This document shows positions 31,553 through 41,567 of a DNA stretch of 64,000 nucleotides, one piece after another. Within the stretch, counting starts at the first letter, position 1. The number at the start of each line of letters is the position of its first letter. A model generated the notes under the pieces. It did no database searches. It was not told the DNA's origin and saw only the letters and a program-made list of their open reading frames with translations. Origin of the DNA: Candidatus Omnitrophota bacterium (GTDB lineage Bacteria; Omnitrophota; Gorgyraeia; Zapsychrales; JAKLDJ01); the NCBI GenBank assembly GCA_022703585.1, contig JAKLDJ010000004.1:2814-66813 (forward strand). Direction: 5' to 3'. Position numbers and translations under genes: made by a program.

Positions 31553-31599
31553 AAAAAACCTATCTCCCTCGATAAAAACGTTGACGAGATAGGTTTTTT
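31553..31599 (+). terminator. Rho-independent terminator after rpsI (A-tract / stem / T-tract, potentially bidirectional)
   Basis: AAAAAACCTATCTC...GAGATAGGTTTTTT: 8-13-bp stem at 31559-31566 / 31586-31593 with a T6 run. Confidence 0.55.
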
Positions 31600-31735
31600 A
31601 ATTTATTATAAAGAACATTGTCTATTCTTGATGCGCGTCGACAAATGATGTTTTTGGGAGCTGAAATTATTAGAAAACTATTTAACGGCAATAAGTTAAG
31701 AGATTAATGGAATTTCCCATTTCAAGGAGCATCCA

Positions 31736-32755
31736 ATGGTTAGAGTAGGCATCGTAGGAATCAGCGGTTACTCGGGAGAAACAGCGCTCAAGCTGCTTTT
31801 GAATCACCCCCAGGTACGTATAACCTATGTTAGCGCCAATAATACGACAGGAAAGATAGATGATATCCTGCCCAGTCTAAACGGCCGGACAAACCTTACT
31901 TGCGAAAAGTATAACGCGCAACAGGCCATAGCGCTGTGCGATGTACTTATTTTGGCGGTTCCGCATACGATTGCGCAACAAATCACACCCGGGCTGTTAA
32001 AGGCAAAAAAGAAGGTTATTGATTTAAGTGCCGACTATCGGCTTAAAGACCCTAATGTTTTTAAAAAATGGTACGGTACCGCGCATACAGATACGACGAA
32101 CTTAAAGAAAGCCGCCTACGGACTGCCCGAACTTTACCGAAGCGATATTAAAAAAGCGACGCTGGTTGCTAATCCAGGCTGCTATCCGACATCGGCAATT
32201 TTATCGCTGGCACCGCTGGTAGCCGCTAAAACAGAGGGAATAAAATCGATTATCATCGATGCTAAGTCAGGCGTTTCCGGTGCGGGCAAAAAAGCAGCTT
32301 TGGCATTAATGTTTTCTGAGGTCAATGAAAATTTCAAGGCCTACAAGGTCTTTGCGCATCAACACACGCCAGAAATTACCACTTATTTGTCAAAGCTGGC
32401 AGGAAAGAATATTGAACTGACATTTATTACGCATCTTATTCCGATCAATCGGGGCATCTTGGAAACTGCCTACGTGCAATTTGCCGGTGCCGTGGAGGCA
32501 AAGACCTTGCACGATTTATATACAAAATTTTATAAGAAAGAAAAATTTATCCGTCTCCTTAAGCTCGGCCAGCAGCCGGAAACAAAAAATGTCCTAGGGA
32601 CAAATTTTTGCGACATTGCTATCTCGGTAAGTGAAAATAAAAAACTGGCCGTTATCACCAGCGCCATCGACAATTTAATGAAAGGTGCCTCAGGCCAGGC
32701 GGTGCAAAATTTAAACATCATGTGCGGATTCGACGAAACGGCAGGATTGCTATGA
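31736..32755 (+). CDS. argC: N-acetyl-gamma-glutamyl-phosphate reductase
   Basis: 339 aa; catalytic Cys in ANPGCYPTSA. Confidence 0.9.
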   Translation: MVRVGIVGISGYSGETALKLLLNHPQVRITYVSANNTTGKIDDILPSLNGRTNLTCEKYNAQQAIALCDVLILAVPHTIAQQITPGLLKAKKKVIDLSADYRLKDPNVFKKWYGTAHTDTTNLKKAAYGLPELYRSDIKKATLVANPGCYPTSAILSLAPLVAAKTEGIKSIIIDAKSGVSGAGKKAALALMFSEVNENFKAYKVFAHQHTPEITTYLSKLAGKNIELTFITHLIPINRGILETAYVQFAGAVEAKTLHDLYTKFYKKEKFIRLLKLGQQPETKNVLGTNFCDIAISVSENKKLAVITSAIDNLMKGASGQAVQNLNIMCGFDETAGLL

Positions 32756-33891
32756 AAATCATAAAAGGAACTGTCGCCACAGCCCAGGGTTTTACGGCAA
32801 GCGGGCTATCAGCCGGGATAAAACGCTCGGGTAAACCCGATCTGGCGTTGATTTATTGCGCTGTCCCTGCGGTAGCGGCGGGAGTTTTCACAAAGAATTC
32901 GGTAAAAGCAGCGCCGTTAATCGTAACTCAAGGAAAATTACGCGGGAACAGAGCCCAGGCTATTCTTGCCAATAGCGGCAACGCAAACTGTTTTACCGGC
33001 GATTTCGGCGTCCTATATGCCTGCGAATCAGCGGAAACAATCGCAAAACTTCTAAAGATACACGCGAACGATGTATTAGTCGCCTCAACCGGCATTATCG
33101 GAAAGCCGTTACCTTTTAATAAAATCCGAAATGCGAGCCCGGCGTTAGTAGCATCTTTAAGCCGAAACGGAGGCGCTAAAGCCGCCCGGGCAATCCTAAC
33201 AACGGACAAGCACACAAAAGAGATTTGCGTCCAAATCAATTTAGGCGGTAAAAAGGTTACTTTGGGCGCCATGGCGAAGGGGTCGGGGATGATCGCGCCC
33301 GACATGGCCACGATGCTGGCGTTTATCACAACTGATGCTGCCATTAGCAGTACGATGCTTAAAACAGCGCTAAAAATGGCGACTGATAAATCATTTAATT
33401 GCATTACCGTCGACGGTTGTATGAGCACCAACGACATGGCGGTTGTTTTAGCTAGCAGTTTGGCCGGCAACAAACCGATTACACATATTGGAAAAGATTT
33501 TAATACCTTCGTCAAAGCGCTGGAATTTATTTGCCTGGATTTAGCTAAAAAAATTGTTTTAGACGGTGAAGGAGCAACAAAATTTATCGAAATCAGCGTC
33601 AGTGGCGCCAAGACACCGCAACAAGCGAAAACAATCGGCTTGGCAATCGCCAATTCTGTTTTAGTTAAAACCGCCGCTTTCGGAAGCAACCCCAATTGGG
33701 GACGAGTAGCGGCGGCCGTGGGCTCACTGGGCCTCAACATTCAGGAAAAGCAGTTAAAAATTGACTTTAGTTCATTCGCGAAGAAAGATATCAATATTTC
33801 GGTTGAATTAAGCCTCGGCAATCACAAGGCAACCGTATACACATCAGATTTATCACTGGATTATGTGCGCATAAACGGGAGTTACAACTAA
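32752..33891 (+). CDS. argJ: Bifunctional glutamate N-acetyltransferase / amino-acid acetyltransferase
   Basis: Start at 32752 (ATGA overlap with the argC stop); self-cleavage site region ATML; 380 aa. Confidence 0.85.
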   Translation: MKIIKGTVATAQGFTASGLSAGIKRSGKPDLALIYCAVPAVAAGVFTKNSVKAAPLIVTQGKLRGNRAQAILANSGNANCFTGDFGVLYACESAETIAKLLKIHANDVLVASTGIIGKPLPFNKIRNASPALVASLSRNGGAKAARAILTTDKHTKEICVQINLGGKKVTLGAMAKGSGMIAPDMATMLAFITTDAAISSTMLKTALKMATDKSFNCITVDGCMSTNDMAVVLASSLAGNKPITHIGKDFNTFVKALEFICLDLAKKIVLDGEGATKFIEISVSGAKTPQQAKTIGLAIANSVLVKTAAFGSNPNWGRVAAAVGSLGLNIQEKQLKIDFSSFAKKDINISVELSLGNHKATVYTSDLSLDYVRINGSYN

Positions 33892-34745
33892 TGCAAGCGG
33901 TTATTAAAAAAGCGGGTGTCCTGGTTGAGGCGATTCCGTATATTCACGCCTTTCGCCAGAAATTATTTGTGGTTAAGTACGGTGGCAGTATTCTTGAAAA
34001 CGAAACCGTGCGCAAATATGTTTTAGAAGACATCGTTTTCTTAAGTTTCGTCGGCATCCGTATTATTCTGGTGCACGGAGGAGGACCCCATATCAGCGCC
34101 CGTTTGGCCGAGGCCGGAAAGAAATCCGAATTTCATGAAGGTATCCGCGTCACCGACGAGGAGACCCTCAAGGTTGTCAGTGAAGAACTTGATAAGCTTA
34201 ACAAGCGAATCGTTGCAGAAATTAAGAAATTTAAAGGCGATGCCACCGGGCTTAAAGGCGAAGAAAACATTATCCATGTCCAAAAAAAGAAGGCATCGCG
34301 GGATCTGGGTTTTGTCGGCACCATTACCTCGGTTGACCAAGAAGCCATCGCTACACACCTGAAGAAAGGCCGCATTGTTGTTGTTTCGCCGATGGGTGTA
34401 AGCGTTGAAAAACAACCGCATAATGTCAATGCCGACGAAGTCGCCAGCGCTATCGCGACTTCGATGAAGGCCGAAAAATTAGTTGCTTTAACCGACGTGC
34501 AAGGAGTTTTGCGGGAACCCGGCAATTCGGATACGCTGATTTCAAGCATGACGATTGACCAGGTCAATCAACTGATTGCCAGTAAAATTATCCAAGGGGG
34601 AATGATCCCCAAGGTGAGCTCTTGCCTGGAAGCGGTTTTAGGCGGCGTTAAAAAAGCGCACATTGTCGACGCTCGCTTGCAGCACGCGCTGTTACTCGAG
34701 ATCTTTACCGACCGCGGTGTCGGAACACAGATTTTAAAAGAATAA
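33891..34745 (+). CDS. argB: Acetylglutamate kinase
   Basis: 284 aa; amino-acid kinase fold VVKYGGS, VHGGGP motifs. Confidence 0.9.
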   Translation: MQAVIKKAGVLVEAIPYIHAFRQKLFVVKYGGSILENETVRKYVLEDIVFLSFVGIRIILVHGGGPHISARLAEAGKKSEFHEGIRVTDEETLKVVSEELDKLNKRIVAEIKKFKGDATGLKGEENIIHVQKKKASRDLGFVGTITSVDQEAIATHLKKGRIVVVSPMGVSVEKQPHNVNADEVASAIATSMKAEKLVALTDVQGVLREPGNSDTLISSMTIDQVNQLIASKIIQGGMIPKVSSCLEAVLGGVKKAHIVDARLQHALLLEIFTDRGVGTQILKE

Positions 34746-34759
34746 TAACAGGCTACGCA

Positions 34760-35944
34760 ATGACTAAAGACGAAATCTTAAAAGGTTACGACGAATATAT
34801 CCTTTCGACCTACACCCGGATGCCGGGGATTTTTGTTAAAGGCAAGGGAATGAATTTAACCGATATTTCCGGAAAGAAATACTTGGATTTCTTTCCCGGA
34901 TGGGGCGTTTCCAATGTCGGCCATTGCCATCCCAAGATTATGTCGGCGGTGCGCGATCAGGTCGATAAACTGATTCATATACCGAATAACTTATTTCATC
35001 CTCATCAGGTCAAGCTGGCAAAGGAAATTGTCCGGTGGTCTTTTCCGTCAAAGGTATTTTTCGGCAATAGCGGCGCCGAGGCCTGCGAAGGAGCAATTAA
35101 GTTTTGCCGGGCTTACGGAGGCGGTAACCGGCATGAAATTATCACCATGGAAAACTCTTTTCATGGCCGAACCTTGGGGGCCCTATCAGCCACGGGCCAG
35201 AAGAAATACCAGCAAGGCTTTGCTCCGTTGGTTGAAGGATTTAAGACCGTTCCGTTTAATGATATTAACGCCTTAAAATCCGCCGTAACTGATAAAACCG
35301 TCGGCATTATGCTCGAGTTAGTTCAGGGCGAAGGCGGAGTTAACGTTGCGGAGAAAGAATACATTAAGGAAATCCGGAAAATCTGCGATGAAAAAAAGAT
35401 TTTGCTTGTTTTTGACGAAGTTCAGACCGGAATGGGCCGCACCGGAGAAATGTTCTGCTTTAAAAATTACGGCGTCGTGCCCGATATTATGATCTTGGCA
35501 AAATCGCTAGGCGGAGGGCTACCCATCGGCGTCATGGTCGTCAAAAAGGAGCTGGCGGAGGTTTTTAAGCCGGGGATGCACGCCTCGACTTTTGGCGGCA
35601 GCCCGCTGGTTTGTAAAGCCGCCCTGGGTGTTTTTAAAGCGATCACAAGCGACAAAATGCTTAAAAACGCGAAAGCCATGAGCGAATATGTTTTTATAAA
35701 GGCAAATGACTTAAAAAACAAATTTAGTTGTGTCCGGGAAGTGCGCGGGCTCGGGCTCATGATCGGGATTGAACTTACCATGCCCGGCAAGGCAATTGTC
35801 GAGGAGTGTTTTCAAAACGGACTTATTATTAATTGCACGCATGATACGGTTTTACGTTTAATGCCGGCATTGAATGTTACCAAAAAACAGACCGATAAAG
35901 CATTCGACATGATCGGCAAGGCATTGGCAAAATTTTCCAAATAG
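34760..35944 (+). CDS. argD: Acetylornithine aminotransferase
   Basis: 394 aa class-III PLP aminotransferase; FDEVQTG, LAKSLGGGLPIG lysine region. Confidence 0.88.
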   Translation: MTKDEILKGYDEYILSTYTRMPGIFVKGKGMNLTDISGKKYLDFFPGWGVSNVGHCHPKIMSAVRDQVDKLIHIPNNLFHPHQVKLAKEIVRWSFPSKVFFGNSGAEACEGAIKFCRAYGGGNRHEIITMENSFHGRTLGALSATGQKKYQQGFAPLVEGFKTVPFNDINALKSAVTDKTVGIMLELVQGEGGVNVAEKEYIKEIRKICDEKKILLVFDEVQTGMGRTGEMFCFKNYGVVPDIMILAKSLGGGLPIGVMVVKKELAEVFKPGMHASTFGGSPLVCKAALGVFKAITSDKMLKNAKAMSEYVFIKANDLKNKFSCVREVRGLGLMIGIELTMPGKAIVEECFQNGLIINCTHDTVLRLMPALNVTKKQTDKAFDMIGKALAKFSK

Positions 35945-35961
35945 AAAGAGACAAAACAGCG

Positions 35962-36897
35962 ATGACACAAAAAACAAAACGGGATTTTATCAACGTCCAG
36001 AATTTAACCAAAGAAGAGATTCAGTATCTTTTTGATCTGACCGTTAAGCTCAAGAAAAACCGGGATCAATATGCCCAGGTTCTTAAGGGAAAATCAGTGG
36101 CGCTTATTTTCCAAAAGCCGTCCAATCGCACTCGGGTTTCGTTCGAAGTGGGAATCTGGCAGCTGGGCGGAAATTGTATTTACCTGGGGCCGGAAGAGAT
36201 CAATTTAGGAAAGCGGGAATCCGCCGCGGATGTCGCAAAGACGCTCTCCCGTTACGTCGATGCAATCGTGGCGCGGACATTTACGCATCAGGATGTGATT
36301 GATTTAGCCAAAGAGGCATCGGTGCCGGTGATTAACGGCCTTTCGGACCTGTCGCATCCCTGCCAGGCATTGGCGGATTTATTCACGATTAACGAGAAGC
36401 TGAATGAAGCCAAAGGCGTAACCCTGGCCTATGTCGGCGACGGAAACAATGTCTGCAATTCCTTGATTTTTGGCTGTGCCATTTCGGGGGTTAACATTAA
36501 AATTGCCACACCCAAAGGTTACGAGCCGAATACTGCCTTCATCAAAAGTGCCCAACGGTTTTCGGATATGAGCGGAGCGGCCATTACAGTTACCAATAAA
36601 CCGCAAGAAGCGGTTGAAAACGCGGATGTTATCTACGCCGATACCTGGGTCAGTATGGGGCAAGAGGCCGAGTCCAAGAAACGGTTTAAGGATTTCAAAG
36701 GTTTTCAGATAGACTCAAAGCTCGCCAGCCGGGCGAAGAAAAATTATTTTTTTATGCACTGCCTGCCGGCGCATCGCGAGCAGGAGGTAACGGCGGATAT
36801 TATTGACGGGCCGCATTCGATTATTTTTGACCAGGCAGAAAACCGGATGCATATACAAAAGGCGATTTTGGTATTTTTATTAGGAGATATGAAATGA
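35962..36897 (+). CDS. argF: Ornithine carbamoyltransferase
   Basis: 311 aa; SNRTR carbamoyl-phosphate motif, HCLP ornithine-binding motif. Confidence 0.9.
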   Translation: MTQKTKRDFINVQNLTKEEIQYLFDLTVKLKKNRDQYAQVLKGKSVALIFQKPSNRTRVSFEVGIWQLGGNCIYLGPEEINLGKRESAADVAKTLSRYVDAIVARTFTHQDVIDLAKEASVPVINGLSDLSHPCQALADLFTINEKLNEAKGVTLAYVGDGNNVCNSLIFGCAISGVNIKIATPKGYEPNTAFIKSAQRFSDMSGAAITVTNKPQEAVENADVIYADTWVSMGQEAESKKRFKDFKGFQIDSKLASRAKKNYFFMHCLPAHREQEVTADIIDGPHSIIFDQAENRMHIQKAILVFLLGDMK

Positions 36898-38057
36898 AAA
36901 AAGTTGTTTTAGCATATTCAGGAGGACTGGATACGTCCTGCGCTATCAAATGGCTTAAAGATAAAGGCCACGACGTTATCGCGTATATTGCCGATGTCGG
37001 CCAGGGCGATGATTTTTCTAAAATCAAAACCCGGGCTCTTAAAACCGGCGCCTCGAAAGTTTATGTCGAGGATTTAAAAAGAGAGTTCGTCGAGAACTAT
37101 ATTTGCCCGACTTTAAAAGCCGGAGCCATTTATGAAGGGAAATATTTACTGGCAACTGCTTTATCGCGGCCGATTATCGCCAAGTACCAAGTGCAAATTG
37201 CTCACAAAGAAAATGCCACCGCGATCGCTCACGGCTGCACCGGCAAGGGCAATGATCAGGTCCGGTTTGAGGTTACAGCACGATTGCTTGATCCGAGCTT
37301 AAAGATCATCGCTCCTGTCCGGGTTTGGGAATTTAAGACACGGGATGAGGAAATCGATTACGCGAAAAAGAAACACATCCCGATCGATGTTACTAAAAAG
37401 AGTCCGTATTCCATCGATAAAAATATTTATGGGATGAGCATCGAATGCGGTATTTTGGAAGACCCCTGGGTCGAACCGCCGGAAGAGATTTACCAGATGA
37501 CCCATAGCCCGATGAAGGCGCCGGATAAACCGACTTATATTGAAATCGAATTTGAAAAAGGGGCTCCTAAGAAAATCAACGGAAAATTCTTTTCTCCGCT
37601 GGCGCTGTTGGCAAAACTCAATGAAGTCGGAGGGAAAAACGGGGTGGGCCGGGCCGATGTTATTGAAAACCGGCTGGTTGGCATCAAATCACGCGAAATC
37701 TATGAAGCCCCGGCGGGGACAATTTTACATATCGCCCATCAGGAATTGGAAGCCTTGGTTTTAGACCGGGAGACATTACATTACAAACAATCCATCGCCC
37801 AAAAGTACGCGGAGATGGTTTATTACGGGCTGTGGGAAACACCGCTTAAAAAGCAATTGGACTGCCATATCGCCAAAACCCAGGAACGGGTTACGGGAAC
37901 GATACGGCTTAAGCTTTATAAAGGAAATTGCATTCCTGTAGGACGGAAGTCTCCTTTTTCGTTATATAGAGAAGAACTCGCGACCTACGGTAAAAAAGAT
38001 GTCTTTGATCAGAAATTAGCGGAAGGATTTATTAAAATCTGGGGAATGCCGTATTAA
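36894..38057 (+). CDS. argG: Argininosuccinate synthase
   Basis: 387 aa; AYSGGLDTS PP-loop; 4-nt overlap with argF. Confidence 0.92.
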   Translation: MKKVVLAYSGGLDTSCAIKWLKDKGHDVIAYIADVGQGDDFSKIKTRALKTGASKVYVEDLKREFVENYICPTLKAGAIYEGKYLLATALSRPIIAKYQVQIAHKENATAIAHGCTGKGNDQVRFEVTARLLDPSLKIIAPVRVWEFKTRDEEIDYAKKKHIPIDVTKKSPYSIDKNIYGMSIECGILEDPWVEPPEEIYQMTHSPMKAPDKPTYIEIEFEKGAPKKINGKFFSPLALLAKLNEVGGKNGVGRADVIENRLVGIKSREIYEAPAGTILHIAHQELEALVLDRETLHYKQSIAQKYAEMVYYGLWETPLKKQLDCHIAKTQERVTGTIRLKLYKGNCIPVGRKSPFSLYREELATYGKKDVFDQKLAEGFIKIWGMPY

Positions 38058-38073
38058 TCGAAAGAGGAATACC

Positions 38074-39486
38074 ATGGCAAAAAAATTATGGGGCGGACGA
38101 TTCAGCAAAAAAACGGATCCGTTGGTAGAAGAATTCACAAAATCTATTCAAATCGATAAAACTCTCGCCCAATATGATTGTTGGGGGTCAATTTTGCATA
38201 TCAATGTTTTAAAAAAAGCTAAACTTCTAACTCCAGAAGAACATGAAAAACTGGAAAAAGGTCTTAATGCAATCTTGAAATACATTGAAAGTGACGAGTT
38301 TGAAAAAGATCCGTCATTAAATGATTTTGAAGATATTCATAGTTATATTCAAAATCTCATCGAAAAGAAAGTACCTGGTATCGCCCTGAAACTTCATACA
38401 TGTCGATCACGAAACGACCAAGTTGTTTTTTGCACAAAACTCTACAGCCTCGATCACATTAAGGTAGTCCAGAAATTTATTATGGAAGTAGACAAGAGTC
38501 TCCTGAAATTAGCAGTTGACAACGCGGGCGTCAATATTCCGGGCTATACTCATTTACAGCACGCTATGCCAATTAATTTATTCGAGTATTTCTATGCATA
38601 TCATGAGATGCTAAATCGAGACTTAAAACGATTATCTAATATTTATAAAACTATCAACCTAACTCTTGGCGCAGGTGCGCTCGCAGGAACATTCATTAAG
38701 TCAAAGGAATATAATAGTGCAGTTAAATTACTTCTGCTATCTAAAGATAAGATTCCTGTGAAGCCAACAACTAGTGCCATTGATACCGTTAGCGACCGAG
38801 ATTTTGTTATTGAAATCTTAAGCGCAATATCAATACTAGGATTGCATTTATCCCGGCTCTCGGAAGATTTAATTATATGGTCAACAAAAGAATTCGATTT
38901 TATTGAAATCGATGAATCGTTTTGCACTGGAAGCTCTCTCATGCCACAGAAAAGAAATCCTGATGTGCTTGAGTTGATACGTGGCTACGCAGGCAAATTA
39001 TATGGAAACTTAATCAGCGTTTTGGTTACAATGAAAGGGCTTCCGCTAACCTACAATCGAGACATGCAGCTGGATAAAGAACCTTTGTTCAATTCTTTTA
39101 CAATCATTCAGCAAGAGCTTAAGGTTCTTTCGCATCTTTTATTAAAAATAAAATTTAATGAGACAGCCATCAAAAAACAATTGAGCGATGAATGTTTATA
39201 TGCAACAGATATATCAGATTTTCTCGTTAAAAACGGAGTAACTTTTAAAGAAGCTCACACAATTGTTGGTCAGCTAATTAGTTATAAACTCAAACATGGT
39301 ATAAGCCTATTGCCAGAAAATGAAATGGAAAAAGGAATAACAGACGAGGAATTAAAGAAATTTCACCCTCTTCTTAGTATCGAAGTCATGAAACGAATTA
39401 TTGATCCATATATTTCGGTTAAAAACAAAAAGTCACTGCGAAGAAAACTGCGAATAATGACTAAAGAATATATTCACCATAAATAA
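38074..39486 (+). CDS. argH: Argininosuccinate lyase
   Basis: 470 aa; fumarate-lyase signature GSSLMPQKRNPD; gene body clearly more AT-rich than its neighbours. Confidence 0.9.
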   Translation: MAKKLWGGRFSKKTDPLVEEFTKSIQIDKTLAQYDCWGSILHINVLKKAKLLTPEEHEKLEKGLNAILKYIESDEFEKDPSLNDFEDIHSYIQNLIEKKVPGIALKLHTCRSRNDQVVFCTKLYSLDHIKVVQKFIMEVDKSLLKLAVDNAGVNIPGYTHLQHAMPINLFEYFYAYHEMLNRDLKRLSNIYKTINLTLGAGALAGTFIKSKEYNSAVKLLLLSKDKIPVKPTTSAIDTVSDRDFVIEILSAISILGLHLSRLSEDLIIWSTKEFDFIEIDESFCTGSSLMPQKRNPDVLELIRGYAGKLYGNLISVLVTMKGLPLTYNRDMQLDKEPLFNSFTIIQQELKVLSHLLLKIKFNETAIKKQLSDECLYATDISDFLVKNGVTFKEAHTIVGQLISYKLKHGISLLPENEMEKGITDEELKKFHPLLSIEVMKRIIDPYISVKNKKSLRRKLRIMTKEYIHHK

Positions 39487-39544
39487 TATGTACGGCTTCC
39501 AATTTAGGAATAACAATCAAGATGCTAAATAACCAGCAAAGAAT

Positions 39545-40096
39545 ATGGATTTTAAAATCGTCCTCGAATCGATATTAAAGAATTTTACCAAAGGAAATAT
39601 CCGCTACGGTCTTATCGGCGGGTTTGCCTTGGGCGCCTTGGGCGTGCCGCGCTCGACGGTTGATTTGGATTTTCTGGTTAACCGTGACGACATGGATAAA
39701 ATCGATTGCATAATGAAGGACAACGGCTACAACTGTGCCTACAAAAGCGAGAATGTTTCGCAATATGTTTCAGCGCTTAATATTTACGGCGGAATAGATT
39801 TTCTGCATGCCTTTAGGACGATATCACTTAAGATGCTGGATCGTGCTATCGAGAAAGAGATATTTAACGGGGATTTTAGAATAAAGGTTTTGAGGCCGGA
39901 AGATGTTATCGGGCTAAAACTACAGGCAACCGTTAATGACCCCAAAAGGCTTAACGGCGAATACCTCGACATCGAAAGCCTGATGGAGCATTACCGTAAC
40001 GACCTGGACTGGAATATCTTAAACGACTATTTCGCGCTATTTAGCCAGGAAGCAAAGCTGGCTGAATTAAAGGCAAAATATGACCATGCTCACTAA
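39545..40096 (+). CDS. Minimal nucleotidyltransferase-fold protein (Pol-beta superfamily; AbiEii-like / small ANT- or Lnu-like GG...R.S.D.D motif)
   Basis: 183 aa; LIGGFALGALGVPRSTVDLDFLV fits hG[GS]x9-13DhDh with the Arg-x-Ser preceding the acidic dyad; third acidic residue in GIDFLH. Confidence 0.5.
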   Translation: MDFKIVLESILKNFTKGNIRYGLIGGFALGALGVPRSTVDLDFLVNRDDMDKIDCIMKDNGYNCAYKSENVSQYVSALNIYGGIDFLHAFRTISLKMLDRAIEKEIFNGDFRIKVLRPEDVIGLKLQATVNDPKRLNGEYLDIESLMEHYRNDLDWNILNDYFALFSQEAKLAELKAKYDHAH

Positions 40097-40307
40097 AGAA
40101 GAAAAGAACGAACTGCGAAAATTTTCGAAATCCGCGCAATTAAGAGACGACATGCGCGCCGTATCGAAAACCCGGCATGATTCGCTTTTAATCAATCAGG
40201 TCATTGATATTGACAGATTGGTGACGTTTTTAACGGACTACAATCGCTTCATAAGCCATCAGCCGAGATTATTCCGAAAAATTATTGATAGCCACATGAT
40301 CCTATAG
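40080..40307 (+). CDS. Small hypothetical protein overlapping the NTase gene
   Basis: 75-aa ORF overlapping the NTase 3' end by 17 nt and ending 4 nt before lysA; no recognisable motif; could be a partner of the NTase or non-coding. Confidence 0.3.
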   Translation: MTMLTKEEKNELRKFSKSAQLRDDMRAVSKTRHDSLLINQVIDIDRLVTFLTDYNRFISHQPRLFRKIIDSHMIL

Positions 40308-40310
40308 CTT

Positions 40311-41567
40311 ATGCACGACTTTAAATTTAAAAATAACGAATTATTTTGTGAAAGGGTTCGCGTAGCGGCGGTCGCCCGCGCTGTGGGGACGCCGTTTTAT
40401 CTCTACAGTTACAAAACGCTTACCGACCACTTTACGAAAATACAAACGGCTTTTAGGCGTATTGATCCCATCATCTGCTATGCCATGAAAGCCAATGATA
40501 ATCTTTCCATCGTTAAAGCGCTTTTAAACAAAGGGGCGGGATTAGATATTGTTTCCGGTGGGGAACTGCGTAAAGCCATTCAGCTTAATGCCGATCCTAA
40601 AAAAATAGTTTTTGCCTCAGTGGGAAAAACCGAAGAGGAGATCGCCCTTGCCATTCAGGAGAGAATTTTATTTTTAAACGTCGAGTCAGTGCCTGAGTTA
40701 GAAACGATAGACCGAGTGGCGCGCCGGCTTCATACGAGACCGCAGGTCGCTATCCGTGTTAATCCAGACGTAGAGGCGGCAACGCACGATTTTATTACCA
40801 CCGGTACCTTAAAGAAGAAATTCGGGGTTGATTTGCGGTCAACCCGACAGATCTTAAGAACGCAAAAAAGGTTTCCTCATGTCCGCATAAACGGGCTGCA
40901 TATTCATATCGGTTCGCAGATAACCCAGGCGAAACCGTTTATCGATGCCATTAAAAAAACGCTCGGATTTATCGAAAGTTTGCGTCGGGAAGGGATCGAA
41001 CTGGAGTATTTAGATATCGGGGGCGGTTTGGGGATCATATACAGGGACGAAAAGCCCCAAACCGCCCGTGATTTCGCCGCAGCGGTCTTGCCGATGCTCA
41101 CTCGCTCGAATCTCAAGATCATCATGGAGCCCGGACGTTTTATTGTCGGCAATGCCGGAATTTTTGTCACTAAAGTCCTGTACACAAAAGACAACGGCTA
41201 CAAAAAATTCCTGATCGTTGACGGCGGGATGAACGATCTTATCCGACCGTCCTTGTACGGGTCTTACCATGAGATCGTTCCCGTGAAGAAAACAACGGCA
41301 GCAAAAATAAAAGTTGATGTGGTCGGCCCCATATGCGAAAGCGGAGATTTTTTTGCCAAAGAACGGTCCTTGCCTAAGATGGCAAACAATACCCTCTTGG
41401 CTATCATGAGCGCCGGCGCTTACGGGTATACCATGTCCAGCAATTACAATGCCCGCTGCCATGTTGCAGAAGTTATAGCCCGAGGCAATAGATTCTTTGT
41501 CATCCGCAAACGTCAAGGTTTTGCCGATTTGATAAAGAATGAAAGGATGCCGGAGTTTTTAAAATGA
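40311..41567 (+). CDS. lysA: Diaminopimelate decarboxylase
   Basis: 418 aa fold-III PLP decarboxylase; YAMKAN PLP-lysine motif, EPGR, CESGD motifs. Confidence 0.9.
   Translation: MHDFKFKNNELFCERVRVAAVARAVGTPFYLYSYKTLTDHFTKIQTAFRRIDPIICYAMKANDNLSIVKALLNKGAGLDIVSGGELRKAIQLNADPKKIVFASVGKTEEEIALAIQERILFLNVESVPELETIDRVARRLHTRPQVAIRVNPDVEAATHDFITTGTLKKKFGVDLRSTRQILRTQKRFPHVRINGLHIHIGSQITQAKPFIDAIKKTLGFIESLRREGIELEYLDIGGGLGIIYRDEKPQTARDFAAAVLPMLTRSNLKIIMEPGRFIVGNAGIFVTKVLYTKDNGYKKFLIVDGGMNDLIRPSLYGSYHEIVPVKKTTAAKIKVDVVGPICESGDFFAKERSLPKMANNTLLAIMSAGAYGYTMSSNYNARCHVAEVIARGNRFFVIRKRQGFADLIKNERMPEFLK

Noticed and set aside
32928-33740. 270-aa minus-strand ORF inside argJ
   Set aside because: Antisense to a well-supported argJ gene; low-complexity Ala/Leu-rich translation typical of the GC-skewed reverse frame; no RBS context
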